A stretch of DNA of 64,000 bases from Terriglobia bacterium (lineage in GTDB: Bacteria; Acidobacteriota; Terriglobia; Bryobacterales; Bryobacteraceae): positions 25,236 to 89,235 of the forward strand of contig JANYDS010000095.1 of NCBI GenBank assembly GCA_025363475.1, read 5' to 3'. Each line of letters begins with the position of its first letter. Position 1 is the stretch's first letter. The translations under genes and the position numbers were made by a program. The notes beneath the pieces are model-generated. The model made no database searches, had not been told where the DNA came from, and worked only from the letters and a program-made list of their open reading frames with translations. Of this stretch, positions 20,697-30,684 are shown piece after piece.

Positions 20697-21401
20697 TCAA
20701 GCAGCATGCAATGACCCGTCTTCCAGTCTGAGGACGCGGTCGCAGCGACGCGCGAATTGCATGTTGTGTGTCACCAGAATGGAAGTGAGACCCCGCCGCC
20801 GCCGCAACCCGTCGAGAAGATCGAAAATCAACTGCCCGGTGCGTTCATCAAGATTGCCTGTCGGTTCATCCGCCAGCAGCAGGGAGGGTTCGGCGGCAAG
20901 CGCACGGGCGATGGCAATGCGTTGCTGTTCACCGCCCGAAAGTTCGCCGACTCGGTGGTCAGCACGTGCCCCCAGCCCCACTTCTTCGAGACATACCTTG
21001 GCCGTTTCGCGTGCCTGGCCACGGGCTTCGCCCCGGATCAACAGGGGCATACTGACGTTTTCTTCCGCCGTGAATTCCGGCAACAAATGATGTTGCTGCC
21101 AGACATAACCGATCTCCCGATTGCGAAACAAAGCCAAATCCCGCTCCGGCAGCCCGGTAATATCCTGCTCTCTGTAATAGATGGAACCGCCGCTGGGTTT
21201 GTCCAGACCGCTGATGAGGTGAAGTAAAGTGCTCTTCCCGGCGCCGCTCTCGCCTATGACTGCTACCTGTTCACCCGGGATCACATCAAGCATCAGATCG
21301 CGGAAAATCACCAGTTCAGTCTCACCGGAACGGTAGACCTTGGCCAGTTTTTCGAGACGAACGAGCGGCGCGATCCTCAAGCGACAGTTTAGCGTCATCA
21401 C
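20697..21401 (-). CDS. lolD: ABC transporter ATP-binding protein, LolD/MacB type
   Basis: Walker A GESGAGKST, signature LSGGEQQR, Walker B LLLADEPT. No permease gene is adjacent, so the lolD assignment is tentative. Confidence 0.75.
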   Translation of the reverse strand: MMTLNCRLRIAPLVRLEKLAKVYRSGETELVIFRDLMLDVIPGEQVAVIGESGAGKSTLLHLISGLDKPSGGSIYYREQDITGLPERDLALFRNREIGYVWQQHHLLPEFTAEENVSMPLLIRGEARGQARETAKVCLEEVGLGARADHRVGELSGGEQQRIAIARALAAEPSLLLADEPTGNLDERTGQLIFDLLDGLRRRRGLTSILVTHNMQFARRCDRVLRLEDGSLHAA

Positions 21402-21519
21402 AATCCTTATCGGCAGGGAGGGGTTGATTCGTGAGCGGAACTTGCAATTTTGGGGAGAATGTTACGGTTGAGGGAATGCGGAAGAGCGCGTCTCAGGGCA
21501 CAACCCCGGGTGCACACCA

Positions 21520-22104
21520 ATGAATCTCGCGGAGGTCCTCGGTTTCATCACGGGAGCACTGTGTGTTTGGCTGCTGGCCCGGCAAAACATCTGGAACTGG
21601 CCCCTGGGCATAGCCAACAATCTGCTGTACCTCGCCGTTTTTCTGCGCAGCGGGCTCTATGCGGATTCTGGCCTGCAGGTAGTCTATGTGGGCCTCAGTG
21701 CCTATGGCTGGTTCATCTGGAACCGGCGCGACCCCGCCGCCAGTGCTTTGAAAGTAACCCACACGCGAGCCACCACCTGGGCGTGGCTGGTGCCCGCGAT
21801 GGCGGTCAGCGCCCTGCTGCTGCGCTTTCTGCTTTCACGGTTCACGGATTCGATTGTCCCCGGGTGGGACGGGGTTACGACCGCGATTTCGCTTGGCGCT
21901 ACCTATGGGCAGTGCAAAAAGTTACTGGAATCCTGGTGGCTTTGGATTCTTGCGGATGTGATTTATATTCCGCTTTACGCATACAAAGGCCTGCGGTTGA
22001 CAGCGGTACTCTATCTGGTATTTCTGGTACTTTCCATCATCGGATTGCGGGGCTGGTGGCGCGCACTGGCCATGAAGGATGACGAGGAAGTCGCCCCTGC
22101 CTAA
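21520..22104 (+). CDS. pnuC: nicotinamide riboside transporter PnuC
   Basis: 194-aa membrane ORF with the NIWNWPLGI motif characteristic of PnuC. Confidence 0.9.
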   Translation: MNLAEVLGFITGALCVWLLARQNIWNWPLGIANNLLYLAVFLRSGLYADSGLQVVYVGLSAYGWFIWNRRDPAASALKVTHTRATTWAWLVPAMAVSALLLRFLLSRFTDSIVPGWDGVTTAISLGATYGQCKKLLESWWLWILADVIYIPLYAYKGLRLTAVLYLVFLVLSIIGLRGWWRALAMKDDEEVAPA

Positions 22105-22850
22105 TAATTCACGAGCCTGGTAAAACTTTCCGGTTCAAGGCTTGCCCCGCCCACCAGTCCGCCATCAATTTCTGCTTCAGCCATCAGCGTACTTGCGTTA
22201 GCGGGATTCACGCTTCCACCATAAAGAATACGAGTGGCGGCTGCCTGCGCTGCACCGAACTTTGCCGCAATTTTGCCTCGGATAAAACGATGGGTTTCGT
22301 TCGCCATGTCCGGCGTTGCACTCCGGCCTGTACCAATCGCCCAGACGGGTTCATAGGCAATCACGACTTCCGCGAACTGCTCCGGAGTCAGGGCAGCTAA
22401 TCCACCCTCAAACTGATCACTCAACACCGCTTCCGTGCGCCCTGATTCACGTTCATCCAGATGCTCCCCCAGACATACAATCGGCGTCAACCCGTACTCA
22501 AGCGCAGCCAGCGTCCGCTTAAGAACAGTCGCATCGGTTTCGCCGAAAAACTGCCGCCGTTCACTATGTCCCACCACCACATAGCGACATCCCACAGCCT
22601 GCAGCATGTACCCGGAAACTTCCCCTGTACGTGCGCCTTCCCTGCCCCAATAAAGATTCTGCGCGCCGATGGCAACGTTGCTGCCATCTGCCGCTCGCAC
22701 TGCCGCATCGAGGTTCGTGAAGGGAGTGCAAATCACGATTTCGCAGTGCGTCACTTCCGCCACCATGGGACGGAACGCCTCGAAAAATGCCGCTGTTTCA
22801 GCAGGCGTTTTGTACATCTTCCAGTTGCCCGCGATGATTGGTTTCTTCAA
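22101..22850 (-). CDS. tpiA: triose-phosphate isomerase
   Basis: 249-aa ORF with AGNWKMYK, VVGHSERR and YGGSV motifs. Confidence 0.95.
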   Translation of the reverse strand: MKKPIIAGNWKMYKTPAETAAFFEAFRPMVAEVTHCEIVICTPFTNLDAAVRAADGSNVAIGAQNLYWGREGARTGEVSGYMLQAVGCRYVVVGHSERRQFFGETDATVLKRTLAALEYGLTPIVCLGEHLDERESGRTEAVLSDQFEGGLAALTPEQFAEVVIAYEPVWAIGTGRSATPDMANETHRFIRGKIAAKFGAAQAAATRILYGGSVNPANASTLMAEAEIDGGLVGGASLEPESFTRLVNY

Positions 22851-24013
22851 TTCCTGATGTCCCCCAGGAAGCTGGTGCCGACAGAAATCGAAGTGCCGTA
22901 ATTCGCCGCCACCGTTTGCCCGATGTCACTCAGCGTAGGGCGCAACCCCAGATCGACGCCCGCCCGGACCTGCTGCCCGAAGACAATCAGCGGAGTGTAT
23001 TCGCGGCTGTGGTCGGTGGAAGGAGTCGTCGGGTCGCAGCCATGGTCTGCCGTGAGAATCGCGAGGTCATCAGGTTTCATTGCCGCTCGAAACGCAGGCA
23101 GCCAGCGGTCAAATTCTTCCAGCGCCGCGCCGTAGCCTTCTATGTCATTGCGGTGTCCGAACAGCTGATCAAAATCCACCAGATTGACAAAGATCAAACC
23201 GCGCTTTTCCGTTTCGAGCGCATTCAGCGTCTTTGCCATGCCATCGGCATTGCTCTTCGTTTTCACATGGTCGCCGATGCCACGCCCCAGGAAAACATCA
23301 AAGATTTTGCCCACGCTGTAGACCGGCACTTTCGCCGCTTCCAGCTGATCCAGCACCATGCCTTTGGGCGGAGGCACCGCGTAATCGTGGCGGTTCGAAG
23401 TGCGGCGGAAATCCCCCGGCAGACCTTCGAAAGGCCGGGCAATCACACGCCCCACTTCGAACTCCCCGCGTAGAATATCGCGAGCGATTTCGCACATCCG
23501 GTAGAGTTCCCAAACAGGCACCACGTCTTCATGCGCGGCGATTTGAAACACGCTGTCAGCGGATGTATAGACAATCACCTTGCCGGTGCGCATGTGTTCT
23601 TCGCCCAGTTCGGTGAGAATTTCCGTTCCTGACGCAGCCTTGTTGCCCAGCCAGCCGCGGCCGGTGCGTCGTTCAAATTCATCCATCACGGCGGGCGGGA
23701 AACCGTGGGGAAAAAGAGGGAACGGTTCAGTGAGGTGAATTCCGGCCATTTCCCAGTGTCCGGTGGTAGTATCTTTGCCAGGCGAGGCCAGCGTACAGCG
23801 CCCGTATGAGCCTTCCGCGTTTTCGGCGCGGGGCAATTGCGGCAACGGTTTCAGGTTGCCGAGACCCAGTCGGCAGAGGTTCGGAACGTTCAGGCCACGC
23901 AGGCGGGCGATGTTGCCCAGCGTGTCGCTGCCTGCGTCACCATAGGCGGCGGCATCGGGCATTTCACCCACGCCGACGCTGTCCAGCACGATCCAGATAA
24001 TTCGATTGAACAC
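22847..24013 (-). CDS. deoB: phosphopentomutase
   Basis: IWIVLDSVGVGEMPDA...TADHGCDPT motifs. The in-frame GTG at 24013 gives the canonical N-terminus. The track ORF extends to ATG 24082, which would overlap the upstream peptidase gene by 44 nt. Confidence 0.9.
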   Translation of the reverse strand: MFNRIIWIVLDSVGVGEMPDAAAYGDAGSDTLGNIARLRGLNVPNLCRLGLGNLKPLPQLPRAENAEGSYGRCTLASPGKDTTTGHWEMAGIHLTEPFPLFPHGFPPAVMDEFERRTGRGWLGNKAASGTEILTELGEEHMRTGKVIVYTSADSVFQIAAHEDVVPVWELYRMCEIARDILRGEFEVGRVIARPFEGLPGDFRRTSNRHDYAVPPPKGMVLDQLEAAKVPVYSVGKIFDVFLGRGIGDHVKTKSNADGMAKTLNALETEKRGLIFVNLVDFDQLFGHRNDIEGYGAALEEFDRWLPAFRAAMKPDDLAILTADHGCDPTTPSTDHSREYTPLIVFGQQVRAGVDLGLRPTLSDIGQTVAANYGTSISVGTSFLGDIRN

Positions 24014-24038
24014 GCCCTCATGGTACCAGGTGCGGGGG

Positions 24039-26069
24039 CTACGGCTGGTCTGGAGCCTTCGCTCCGCTCTTGCCCTCAACATACTTGTCGAACCAGTATG
24101 TTTGCCACAGCAAACTATCCACCAGATGACGGGGTTCGCCGGACCGGGTCAGGTTATGATTCTCGCGCGGGAAAAAAACAATTTCCGCCGTCTTCCCGTA
24201 ATACTTCAAAGCCCGAAACCACTGTTCGCCCTGCTCGATCGGCACCCGGAAATCGTTGTCTGAATGCAGAATTAAGATCGGTGTCTTCACATCCTTCACG
24301 TACTTCAGCGGCGAGGCTGCCCAATACTGGTCGTAAGCGTCAAACACCATCCCTTTGAAATCCCCCTCGTGGCCGTAAGCGCCGTCGCGGGTGCCATCGT
24401 CGCTCACGAAATTGGAAATACTGCGCAGCGTTACCGCAGCTTTGAACCGGTCATTATGGCTCACGATCCAGTTGGTGAGATACCCGCCGTAACTGCCTCC
24501 GGTTACGCCCATGCGGCCGGTATCAATCCAGGGATTTTTCGCAATCACCGCGTCCACTCCGGCCATCACATCCTGATAGTCCATACCGCCCCAGTTGTCC
24601 TTGATGCCTCGCTCAAACTTCTGCCCATAGCCCGTGGAACCCCGCGGATTGCAGAAGAACACCGCCCAGCCCTTGGACGCATAGACCTGAAACTCGTGAT
24701 ACCAGTCGGGGCCATACTGCCCGGAAGGGCCGCCATGAATACTGAGGATTAGCGGATACTTCTTAGCCGGGTTAAATCCCAGCGGCTTCACAAGGAAACC
24801 ATCCACGTCCCAACCGTCGGTACTTTTGTAAGGCACTCGTTCGACATGTGCCAGGTCGAGTTCTTCTGATAGTGGCTCGTTGACATGGGTCAGTTGCCGT
24901 TCGCCGCTACCGTCGAGCGCTGAAATCCGCACATCATCCATGTGTTCGAAATCATTCGACAGATAGGCCATCACGCCAGCCTGGGCATTCAAATCAAACC
25001 CATGAACCGCGCGGTCACCTGTCGTTATCTGAGTAATCGTTGTCTGGGTAATCTTGCCGGTGCCGGAATCCACTTTAAATAAATGGTTCTGGCCCTTGTA
25101 GCCGGTCTCGAAGAGGATATCATTCATGGCCAGCCACTTGAGCCCGCCGGGAATCAGATCAAGGTCCGGGGCAATCAGCCTCGAAGGTTTGCCCCCCGCC
25201 GCATCGGCAACGTATAGCTTCGGGAAAAGGTCTCGATCCACCCGACCAGCGAAGACAATCTGCCGGCCATCAGGAGACCAGCGCGGTTGCTCGTCCTCAA
25301 ATTCATGATCAGAAATCCTGACCGGTTCTCCGCCGCTGGCTGCGACGGTAAAAACGTCTTTGTTGTGGCCGCCGTCGTATTCCTTGCCGGTGCGGTCAGA
25401 AACGAACGCGATGCGGGAACTGTCGGGTGACCACTGCGGATCGGTATCGTTCCAGTCGTCACCGGCGGTAATCTGCTGATCCTTGCCGGTTGCCGCGTCA
25501 ACTACCCATAGGTGGGAGCGCCTGTCGTCATACCATCCGGTGTCGTTGAATTTGTAGGAAATGTGGCTGTAATGACGGACGTCGGTTTTCTTAAAATCAG
25601 CGGGAAATCCGTCACCGGGACCGGTTCGGCTGACGACAACGAACCGCTTCCCGTCGGGCGACCACTGGAAGGAATTTACGCCATTCTTCAGGTGCGTGAC
25701 GACGTGCGCCTCGCCGCCATTCATCGGCAACTGCCAAAGCTGGGCCCCGGTATCGCTATTGCGGGTGGACGAAAACGCGATCAAAGCGCCATCCGGGCTC
25801 CAGCGGGGAGAGTTTGAATTCATGCCGTCAGCCGTGAGCCGGCGGGAAGGCGTGCGTCCGTCGGTCGCAACCAGCCAGAGGGCACTTTCGCGGCGGTTGC
25901 GTTGTTCGCTCACGGTCGTGAGGACGTAAGCGACCTGTTTGCCGTCAGGAGACAGTCGGACGTCGCCGGCAAAATGAAAGCGAAAATAATCCTCGGGGGT
26001 AACCGGCCGTTTGGCCAGGAGAGGGAGACAGATCAGCGCGAGGAACGCAGCGAAACGGAAAAATCGCAT
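24039..26069 (-). CDS. S9-family serine peptidase with beta-propeller N-domain
   Basis: 676-aa ORF with a signal peptide, repeated WSPDG propeller motifs and a C-terminal alpha/beta hydrolase domain with the GGSYGG nucleophile elbow. Confidence 0.9.
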   Translation of the reverse strand: MRFFRFAAFLALICLPLLAKRPVTPEDYFRFHFAGDVRLSPDGKQVAYVLTTVSEQRNRRESALWLVATDGRTPSRRLTADGMNSNSPRWSPDGALIAFSSTRNSDTGAQLWQLPMNGGEAHVVTHLKNGVNSFQWSPDGKRFVVVSRTGPGDGFPADFKKTDVRHYSHISYKFNDTGWYDDRRSHLWVVDAATGKDQQITAGDDWNDTDPQWSPDSSRIAFVSDRTGKEYDGGHNKDVFTVAASGGEPVRISDHEFEDEQPRWSPDGRQIVFAGRVDRDLFPKLYVADAAGGKPSRLIAPDLDLIPGGLKWLAMNDILFETGYKGQNHLFKVDSGTGKITQTTITQITTGDRAVHGFDLNAQAGVMAYLSNDFEHMDDVRISALDGSGERQLTHVNEPLSEELDLAHVERVPYKSTDGWDVDGFLVKPLGFNPAKKYPLILSIHGGPSGQYGPDWYHEFQVYASKGWAVFFCNPRGSTGYGQKFERGIKDNWGGMDYQDVMAGVDAVIAKNPWIDTGRMGVTGGSYGGYLTNWIVSHNDRFKAAVTLRSISNFVSDDGTRDGAYGHEGDFKGMVFDAYDQYWAASPLKYVKDVKTPILILHSDNDFRVPIEQGEQWFRALKYYGKTAEIVFFPRENHNLTRSGEPRHLVDSLLWQTYWFDKYVEGKSGAKAPDQP

Positions 26070-26127
26070 TTGAGGCGAAGGATAGCAGAATCCTTACTGA
26101 AACTCCGCCCCACGAAACCCGGCAGCC

Positions 26128-28137
26128 TTACTTCGCTTTAGCCCGCGCCGCTTCCAGCTTCTTATTTACCTTGCCCAGTTCAGCAGCATCCTGATCTCCC
26201 GGTGCCGCCACTTTCCACTCGGCAACCGAAAGCTCCCACTGCTGAATCGCTTCCTTATACTTGCCCTGCTTCAGGTAAATATCGCCCAGGTGATCATGCA
26301 TCGTGGGGTCGTCTGAAATTTTATCCATCGCCTTCGTCAGTTCACCCACAGCCTGGTCCAACTGATCCTGACGATAATGCACCCACGCCAAACTGTCCAG
26401 ATACGCGGGGTTGTCCGGATCCAGATCGAGCGCCTTCGAAATAAGCTGTTTCGCCTCATCCAGACGCACTCCGCGATCCGCGAACATATACCCCAGGTAA
26501 TTCATCGCCCCGGCATTATTCGCATCGCCTTCCAGCACCGCCCGGAAAGATTTTTCCGCCCCATCAAAATTCTTCTGCCGCTCATACATCGCGCCGCGCA
26601 TGAACTCGATCGCCTGCTTCTCCTGGGCATTCTTTGAAAGACTCTCCGCTAATTCGAGTGTCTTCTTTTCTTCGTCAAACCGCTTGGCCTTGTCCTGAAT
26701 CGGCGCAATCACCAGCAGGACATCGCGATCCTTTGCAGCACCCGGCAACGCCTGTAATTCCTTTACCGCCGCATCCGGCTGACCCAGATCCGACAGCAAC
26801 AAAGCATGCACAAAAATCACAGGCCGCTCATTCGGATATTTTTTCAGCGCCGCATCCGCTTCCTGCCGCGCCAGTTTATATTCCTTCGCGCCCTTCAGAG
26901 CCTCAACCGACTGCACCGCAACACGCGATCCCAGCGCCGCATCCATATCCGCAATCTGGTGATAAGAAGCCACCGCATCCGAACCCTTGCCAGCCTTCAA
27001 CTGATAGTTTGCCAGCCGGTCGAACATCTCAATCCGGTTGCCTTTTTCCTCGTCGGTGAACTTGTCTTTTTTTGTATCGTTGAGCAACGACTGCATCGCC
27101 GCAATCGCTTCCGCAGATTTCCCCTGCGTATTCAGCAGTTCCGCTTCGGCAAAACGCACGGTGGGGCCGTTGCTGATGCCCTTGGCTTTCGCCAGTGCTG
27201 CCGCCGCGCCATCGTAATCATGACGATTGCGCAACAGTTCCGCGATCTGCATCTGCAGTTTTTCATCTTTCGGATCACCAATTGCCAGTTCCTGCAAAGC
27301 CTTCAGCGCATCGTCAAACCGACCCGCCGCGTAGCAATCCGCCGCATAGGCCCGCAACACTTTCGCATTGCCGTTGGTCAGCTTGACGGCCTTCTGCCAG
27401 GTGTCGGCACCATTCGCGTAATCTTTCGCCTGATCGTAGAACTGCGCCAGCATCACGACATTTCGCGGTTCCGGGTTCTTCTCAACAGCCTTCTTGAGCA
27501 TGTCGCTGGCAGCCGTCATATCGCCGCGATCCGCAAACACCATCGCCAGGCCGTTCAGCGCATCTTCATCATCCGGATCCTGCTCCAAAACATGCTTGTA
27601 AGCTTTTTCCGCCGTCGCATCATCATGGTTCACGCGCGAAAGCCGGGCCAGCATCGAGAAGCTTTCCTGATCCTTCGCATTCAACTCTGTGACCTTGCGG
27701 TATTGCTCAATCGCGTTCTTGAGCATGGTCTGATCAACCTTGCCCTGATCTGGATCGCCAATCTGGCGGCTGTAAATCCGAGCGAGGATCTTATGCGCCG
27801 TCGCACTATTGGGATTCACTTTCAGCAGCGCTTCGGCTTCCTGCAAAGCCTTTTCCAGCTGACCGGTCTGCACGTAAAAATCGGTCAGTTCTTCCTGAAT
27901 AATGGAGGATGTGGGATCGATTTTGATGGCCTGCCGGTAGAATTCGATAGCCTTGTTTACGTACTCGCCACGGTTGCCGTAGGAACCGGCCATCTCACCG
28001 TAAAGGTGCGCCATGGCAAAGTTGTAGTAAGCGGAAGCGTGGTCAGTCGAATCAGTGGCTTGGGCAAAAGCGGGCGAAATCGCGCTGAAACAAACCAACC
28101 CTGCGGACAAAAGCGCGGCTCTCGAATAACCGGTCAT
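26128..28137 (-). CDS. secreted tetratricopeptide (TPR) repeat protein
   Basis: TPR-like repeats run through the whole body. ATG 28137 has GGGAG 8 nt upstream and yields a signal peptide (MTGYSRAALLSAGLVCFSAISPAFA). The track ORF extends to 28254. Confidence 0.8.
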   Translation of the reverse strand: MTGYSRAALLSAGLVCFSAISPAFAQATDSTDHASAYYNFAMAHLYGEMAGSYGNRGEYVNKAIEFYRQAIKIDPTSSIIQEELTDFYVQTGQLEKALQEAEALLKVNPNSATAHKILARIYSRQIGDPDQGKVDQTMLKNAIEQYRKVTELNAKDQESFSMLARLSRVNHDDATAEKAYKHVLEQDPDDEDALNGLAMVFADRGDMTAASDMLKKAVEKNPEPRNVVMLAQFYDQAKDYANGADTWQKAVKLTNGNAKVLRAYAADCYAAGRFDDALKALQELAIGDPKDEKLQMQIAELLRNRHDYDGAAAALAKAKGISNGPTVRFAEAELLNTQGKSAEAIAAMQSLLNDTKKDKFTDEEKGNRIEMFDRLANYQLKAGKGSDAVASYHQIADMDAALGSRVAVQSVEALKGAKEYKLARQEADAALKKYPNERPVIFVHALLLSDLGQPDAAVKELQALPGAAKDRDVLLVIAPIQDKAKRFDEEKKTLELAESLSKNAQEKQAIEFMRGAMYERQKNFDGAEKSFRAVLEGDANNAGAMNYLGYMFADRGVRLDEAKQLISKALDLDPDNPAYLDSLAWVHYRQDQLDQAVGELTKAMDKISDDPTMHDHLGDIYLKQGKYKEAIQQWELSVAEWKVAAPGDQDAAELGKVNKKLEAARAKAK

Positions 28138-28226
28138 GTATAACGCTCCCTCAGCCCCGCGCGCGCAAACCCGCTTCGGGGTAACCTGCTCGTCATCATT
28201 GTATAACGCGGCGCGGAGGCAGACCG

Positions 28227-29189
28227 TTGCCCATGCCTGATAATCCCCTGGCACGTCTGGTCGTGATCGCCGGCCCCACAGGTTCAGGAAAATCTGAACT
28301 GGCCCTGCGTGTTGCCGAGCGCTTTGCCGGTGAAGTGGTCAATTGCGACTCCATCCAGATCTACCGCCATTTCGACATAGGAGCCGCCAAATTGCCGCTG
28401 TCTGAGCGACGCGGCATCCCCCACCACCTGATAGATACGGCTGATCCGCCTGACACTTTCACAGCTGGGGATTACGCAACCGCCGCGCGCCCTATCCTGC
28501 GGGAAATCGCGGCCCGCGGTCATCTGCCCCTCGTCACAGGGGGTACGGGCTTCTACCTCCGCGCACTCGTTGACGGCCTTGCGCCCGGCCCCTCCCGCAA
28601 CGAAGACTTGCGTGTTCGTCTGCACGCCAAAGAAACCCGCCGGCCCGGGACCATCCACCGCCTGCTCTCCCGTTTCGATGCCACTACAGCCGCGCGCATC
28701 CACGCAAACGACATTCCGAAATCGATGAGGGCGCTGGAAATCTGTCTCTCCGCACGGCAGCCCGCCACCCAGGTCTTTGCCGCCGGGCGCGACTCACTCA
28801 CCGGCTTCCGGGTCCTCAAGATCGGCCTCTTTCCTAACCGCGAGGCTCTCTATAAACGTCTCGAAACGCGCATGGAAGCGATGTTTGCACACGGTTTGCT
28901 CGAAGAAACCGCATCAATCTTGGCCCGAGGCTACGCGGAAACCTGCAAGCCATTTGAAGCCATCGGCTATAAACAGGCGCTACAGTGCCTGCGCCAGGAA
29001 CTTTCGCCCCGCGATGCCCTGTTCTATGCACGGCGCGACACCCGCCACTACGCCAAACGTCAGATGACCTGGTTCCGCCAGGAACCCAATCTCGAGATCT
29101 TTTCCGGCTTTGGCGACGATCCCGACGTGATCAGCCGCGTCGAAACCAGAATCGCAGCCTTTCTCCAGACTGATACCCTGAAGTCTTGA
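28227..29189 (+). CDS. miaA: tRNA dimethylallyltransferase
   Basis: P-loop GPTGSGKS, then NCDSIQIY and HHLID motifs. Confidence 0.93.
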   Translation: MPMPDNPLARLVVIAGPTGSGKSELALRVAERFAGEVVNCDSIQIYRHFDIGAAKLPLSERRGIPHHLIDTADPPDTFTAGDYATAARPILREIAARGHLPLVTGGTGFYLRALVDGLAPGPSRNEDLRVRLHAKETRRPGTIHRLLSRFDATTAARIHANDIPKSMRALEICLSARQPATQVFAAGRDSLTGFRVLKIGLFPNREALYKRLETRMEAMFAHGLLEETASILARGYAETCKPFEAIGYKQALQCLRQELSPRDALFYARRDTRHYAKRQMTWFRQEPNLEIFSGFGDDPDVISRVETRIAAFLQTDTLKS

Positions 29190-30355
29190 AGTTCTTCATC
29201 AGCCTCGCCTTCACCGCGTTCCTCTGCCAGGGGGCGGAAACTGTCGCAGTGGTGCCGCTTTTCAACCTCGACCAGAGCAAAACGCCCAGCCTGGACTGGA
29301 TTGGCGAGAGCGTCGCCGAGACCATCCACGAATCGCTTAGTTCCAGCGGCCTGCTGGCACTGGCCCGCGAAGACCGCGAAGAGGTCTATAAGCGCCTTTC
29401 CCTGCGCACCGGTGTAGTGCTCACCAAAGCTTCAGTCATCAAGATTGGCGAATCGCTGGATGCCGGGCAGGTCGTGTACGGCGAGTTTCGCGTGGACCCG
29501 CCCGGTACCCCGAAATCGGCCCTGCACCTTTCCCTGCGCATGATTGATTTGAAGAAATTCCGCGAAGGCCCGGAGTTTACGCAAACCGGTCCGCTGGAAA
29601 GTCTCAGCCAGATGGAAACCAAACTGGCGTGGATGCTAATTCGTCAGCTTTCCCCCGGCAACGCGCCCAGCGAAGAACAGTTTTTTCGCCTGCGTCCGCC
29701 AGTTAGAGTGGATGCGATGGAGAGCTACATCCGCGGCCTGATGGCGGTGAATGACGACCAGAAACTGACCCTGTTCGGCCAGGCAATTCGCGTTGACGAC
29801 CATTTCTCGCAACCGGCTTTTCAACTGGGACGCATGATGTTCATGAAGAAGGAATACCGCACGGCGGCTCAGTGGCTCGCCCGCGTCAATGCCGGTGATT
29901 CCCACTTCCTTGAAGCCACGTTTCTGCGCGGCATCTGCCGCTATCATGATGGCGATTTTGAGAGTGCGGCCACCCAGTTCCGCGCGGTAGCTGCCGAGAT
30001 TCCGCTCAACGAGGTTTACAACAATCTGGGGGCAGCCCTTTCGCGGCGAAACGATCCCGCAGCCCTCGAAAACTTTTCCAAAGCACTCGAAGGTGATGAA
30101 GGCGACCCGGATTACTGGTTCAATACCGGTTACTCGTTGTGGAAACAGGGCAAGTTCGAACAGGCTACCGATAAATTCCGCGCTGTTCTTGACCGCACTC
30201 CCGCCGATCAGGAAGCTACCACGTTTTTGGGCCGCTGTATTAAACGCGAAGGCCCCCGCGCCGGCGACTCGCGTTCCGAGGGTCGCGAACGCATCAAGAC
30301 AGCTTTCGAAGATTCCGCCTGGCGCCAGCTTCAGGCCGAACTGCATTCAAAATAG
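29186..30355 (+). CDS. secreted TPR-domain protein
   Basis: 389-aa ORF with a signal peptide and C-terminal TPR repeats. ATGA overlap with the miaA stop. Confidence 0.65.
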   Translation: MKFFISLAFTAFLCQGAETVAVVPLFNLDQSKTPSLDWIGESVAETIHESLSSSGLLALAREDREEVYKRLSLRTGVVLTKASVIKIGESLDAGQVVYGEFRVDPPGTPKSALHLSLRMIDLKKFREGPEFTQTGPLESLSQMETKLAWMLIRQLSPGNAPSEEQFFRLRPPVRVDAMESYIRGLMAVNDDQKLTLFGQAIRVDDHFSQPAFQLGRMMFMKKEYRTAAQWLARVNAGDSHFLEATFLRGICRYHDGDFESAATQFRAVAAEIPLNEVYNNLGAALSRRNDPAALENFSKALEGDEGDPDYWFNTGYSLWKQGKFEQATDKFRAVLDRTPADQEATTFLGRCIKREGPRAGDSRSEGRERIKTAFEDSAWRQLQAELHSK

Positions 30356-30374
30356 TGCGATCATCAGAAGAAAT

Positions 30375-30674
30375 ATGTCCCAGCCTTATCTCAGCGTCAT
30401 AGCGGAAATTATTGCCAAACCCGGCCACGAAGACGAAGTACGAAAACATCTGATCGCAGCCGTTGAACCCACGCGAAAAGAAGCCGGCTGTATTCAATAC
30501 GATCTGCATGTGAGCACCGCTGAACCGGGGCATTTTTTCTTTTATGAAAACTGGACGAACCTTGAAGCGCTCAAAGCCCATTCGGGTTCCGCCCATCTGA
30601 AAGCGCTTGGGGCTGCAGTCGGACCTCTGGTGACCGGCCCCACCCGCGTCGTCACCTGCACGCGCATCGCATAA
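30375..30674 (+). CDS. antibiotic-biosynthesis-monooxygenase (ABM) family protein
   Basis: 99-aa product from an internal ATG of track ORF 30093..30674. VIAEIIAKPG...FFFYENWTNLEALKAH is typical of the ABM/YgiN dimeric alpha-beta barrel. Confidence 0.8.
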   Translation: MSQPYLSVIAEIIAKPGHEDEVRKHLIAAVEPTRKEAGCIQYDLHVSTAEPGHFFFYENWTNLEALKAHSGSAHLKALGAAVGPLVTGPTRVVTCTRIA

Positions 30675-30684
30675 AGCAGTAACG

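Noticed and set aside
21402-21519. The octamer ACAACCCC matches the conserved ACANCCCC bulge of the Acidobacteria-specific nadA (class I NAD+) riboswitch. It lies about 20 nt upstream of the pnuC (NAD-precursor transporter) start.
   Set aside because: I could not build the flanking P1/P1a helices or a second tandem domain around it. The downstream sequence (CCCCGGGTGCAC) is palindromic rather than hairpin-forming. The same octamer also occurs by chance at about 56750, upstream of the ABC-F gene. A cmsearch with the nadA model over this spacer would settle it.
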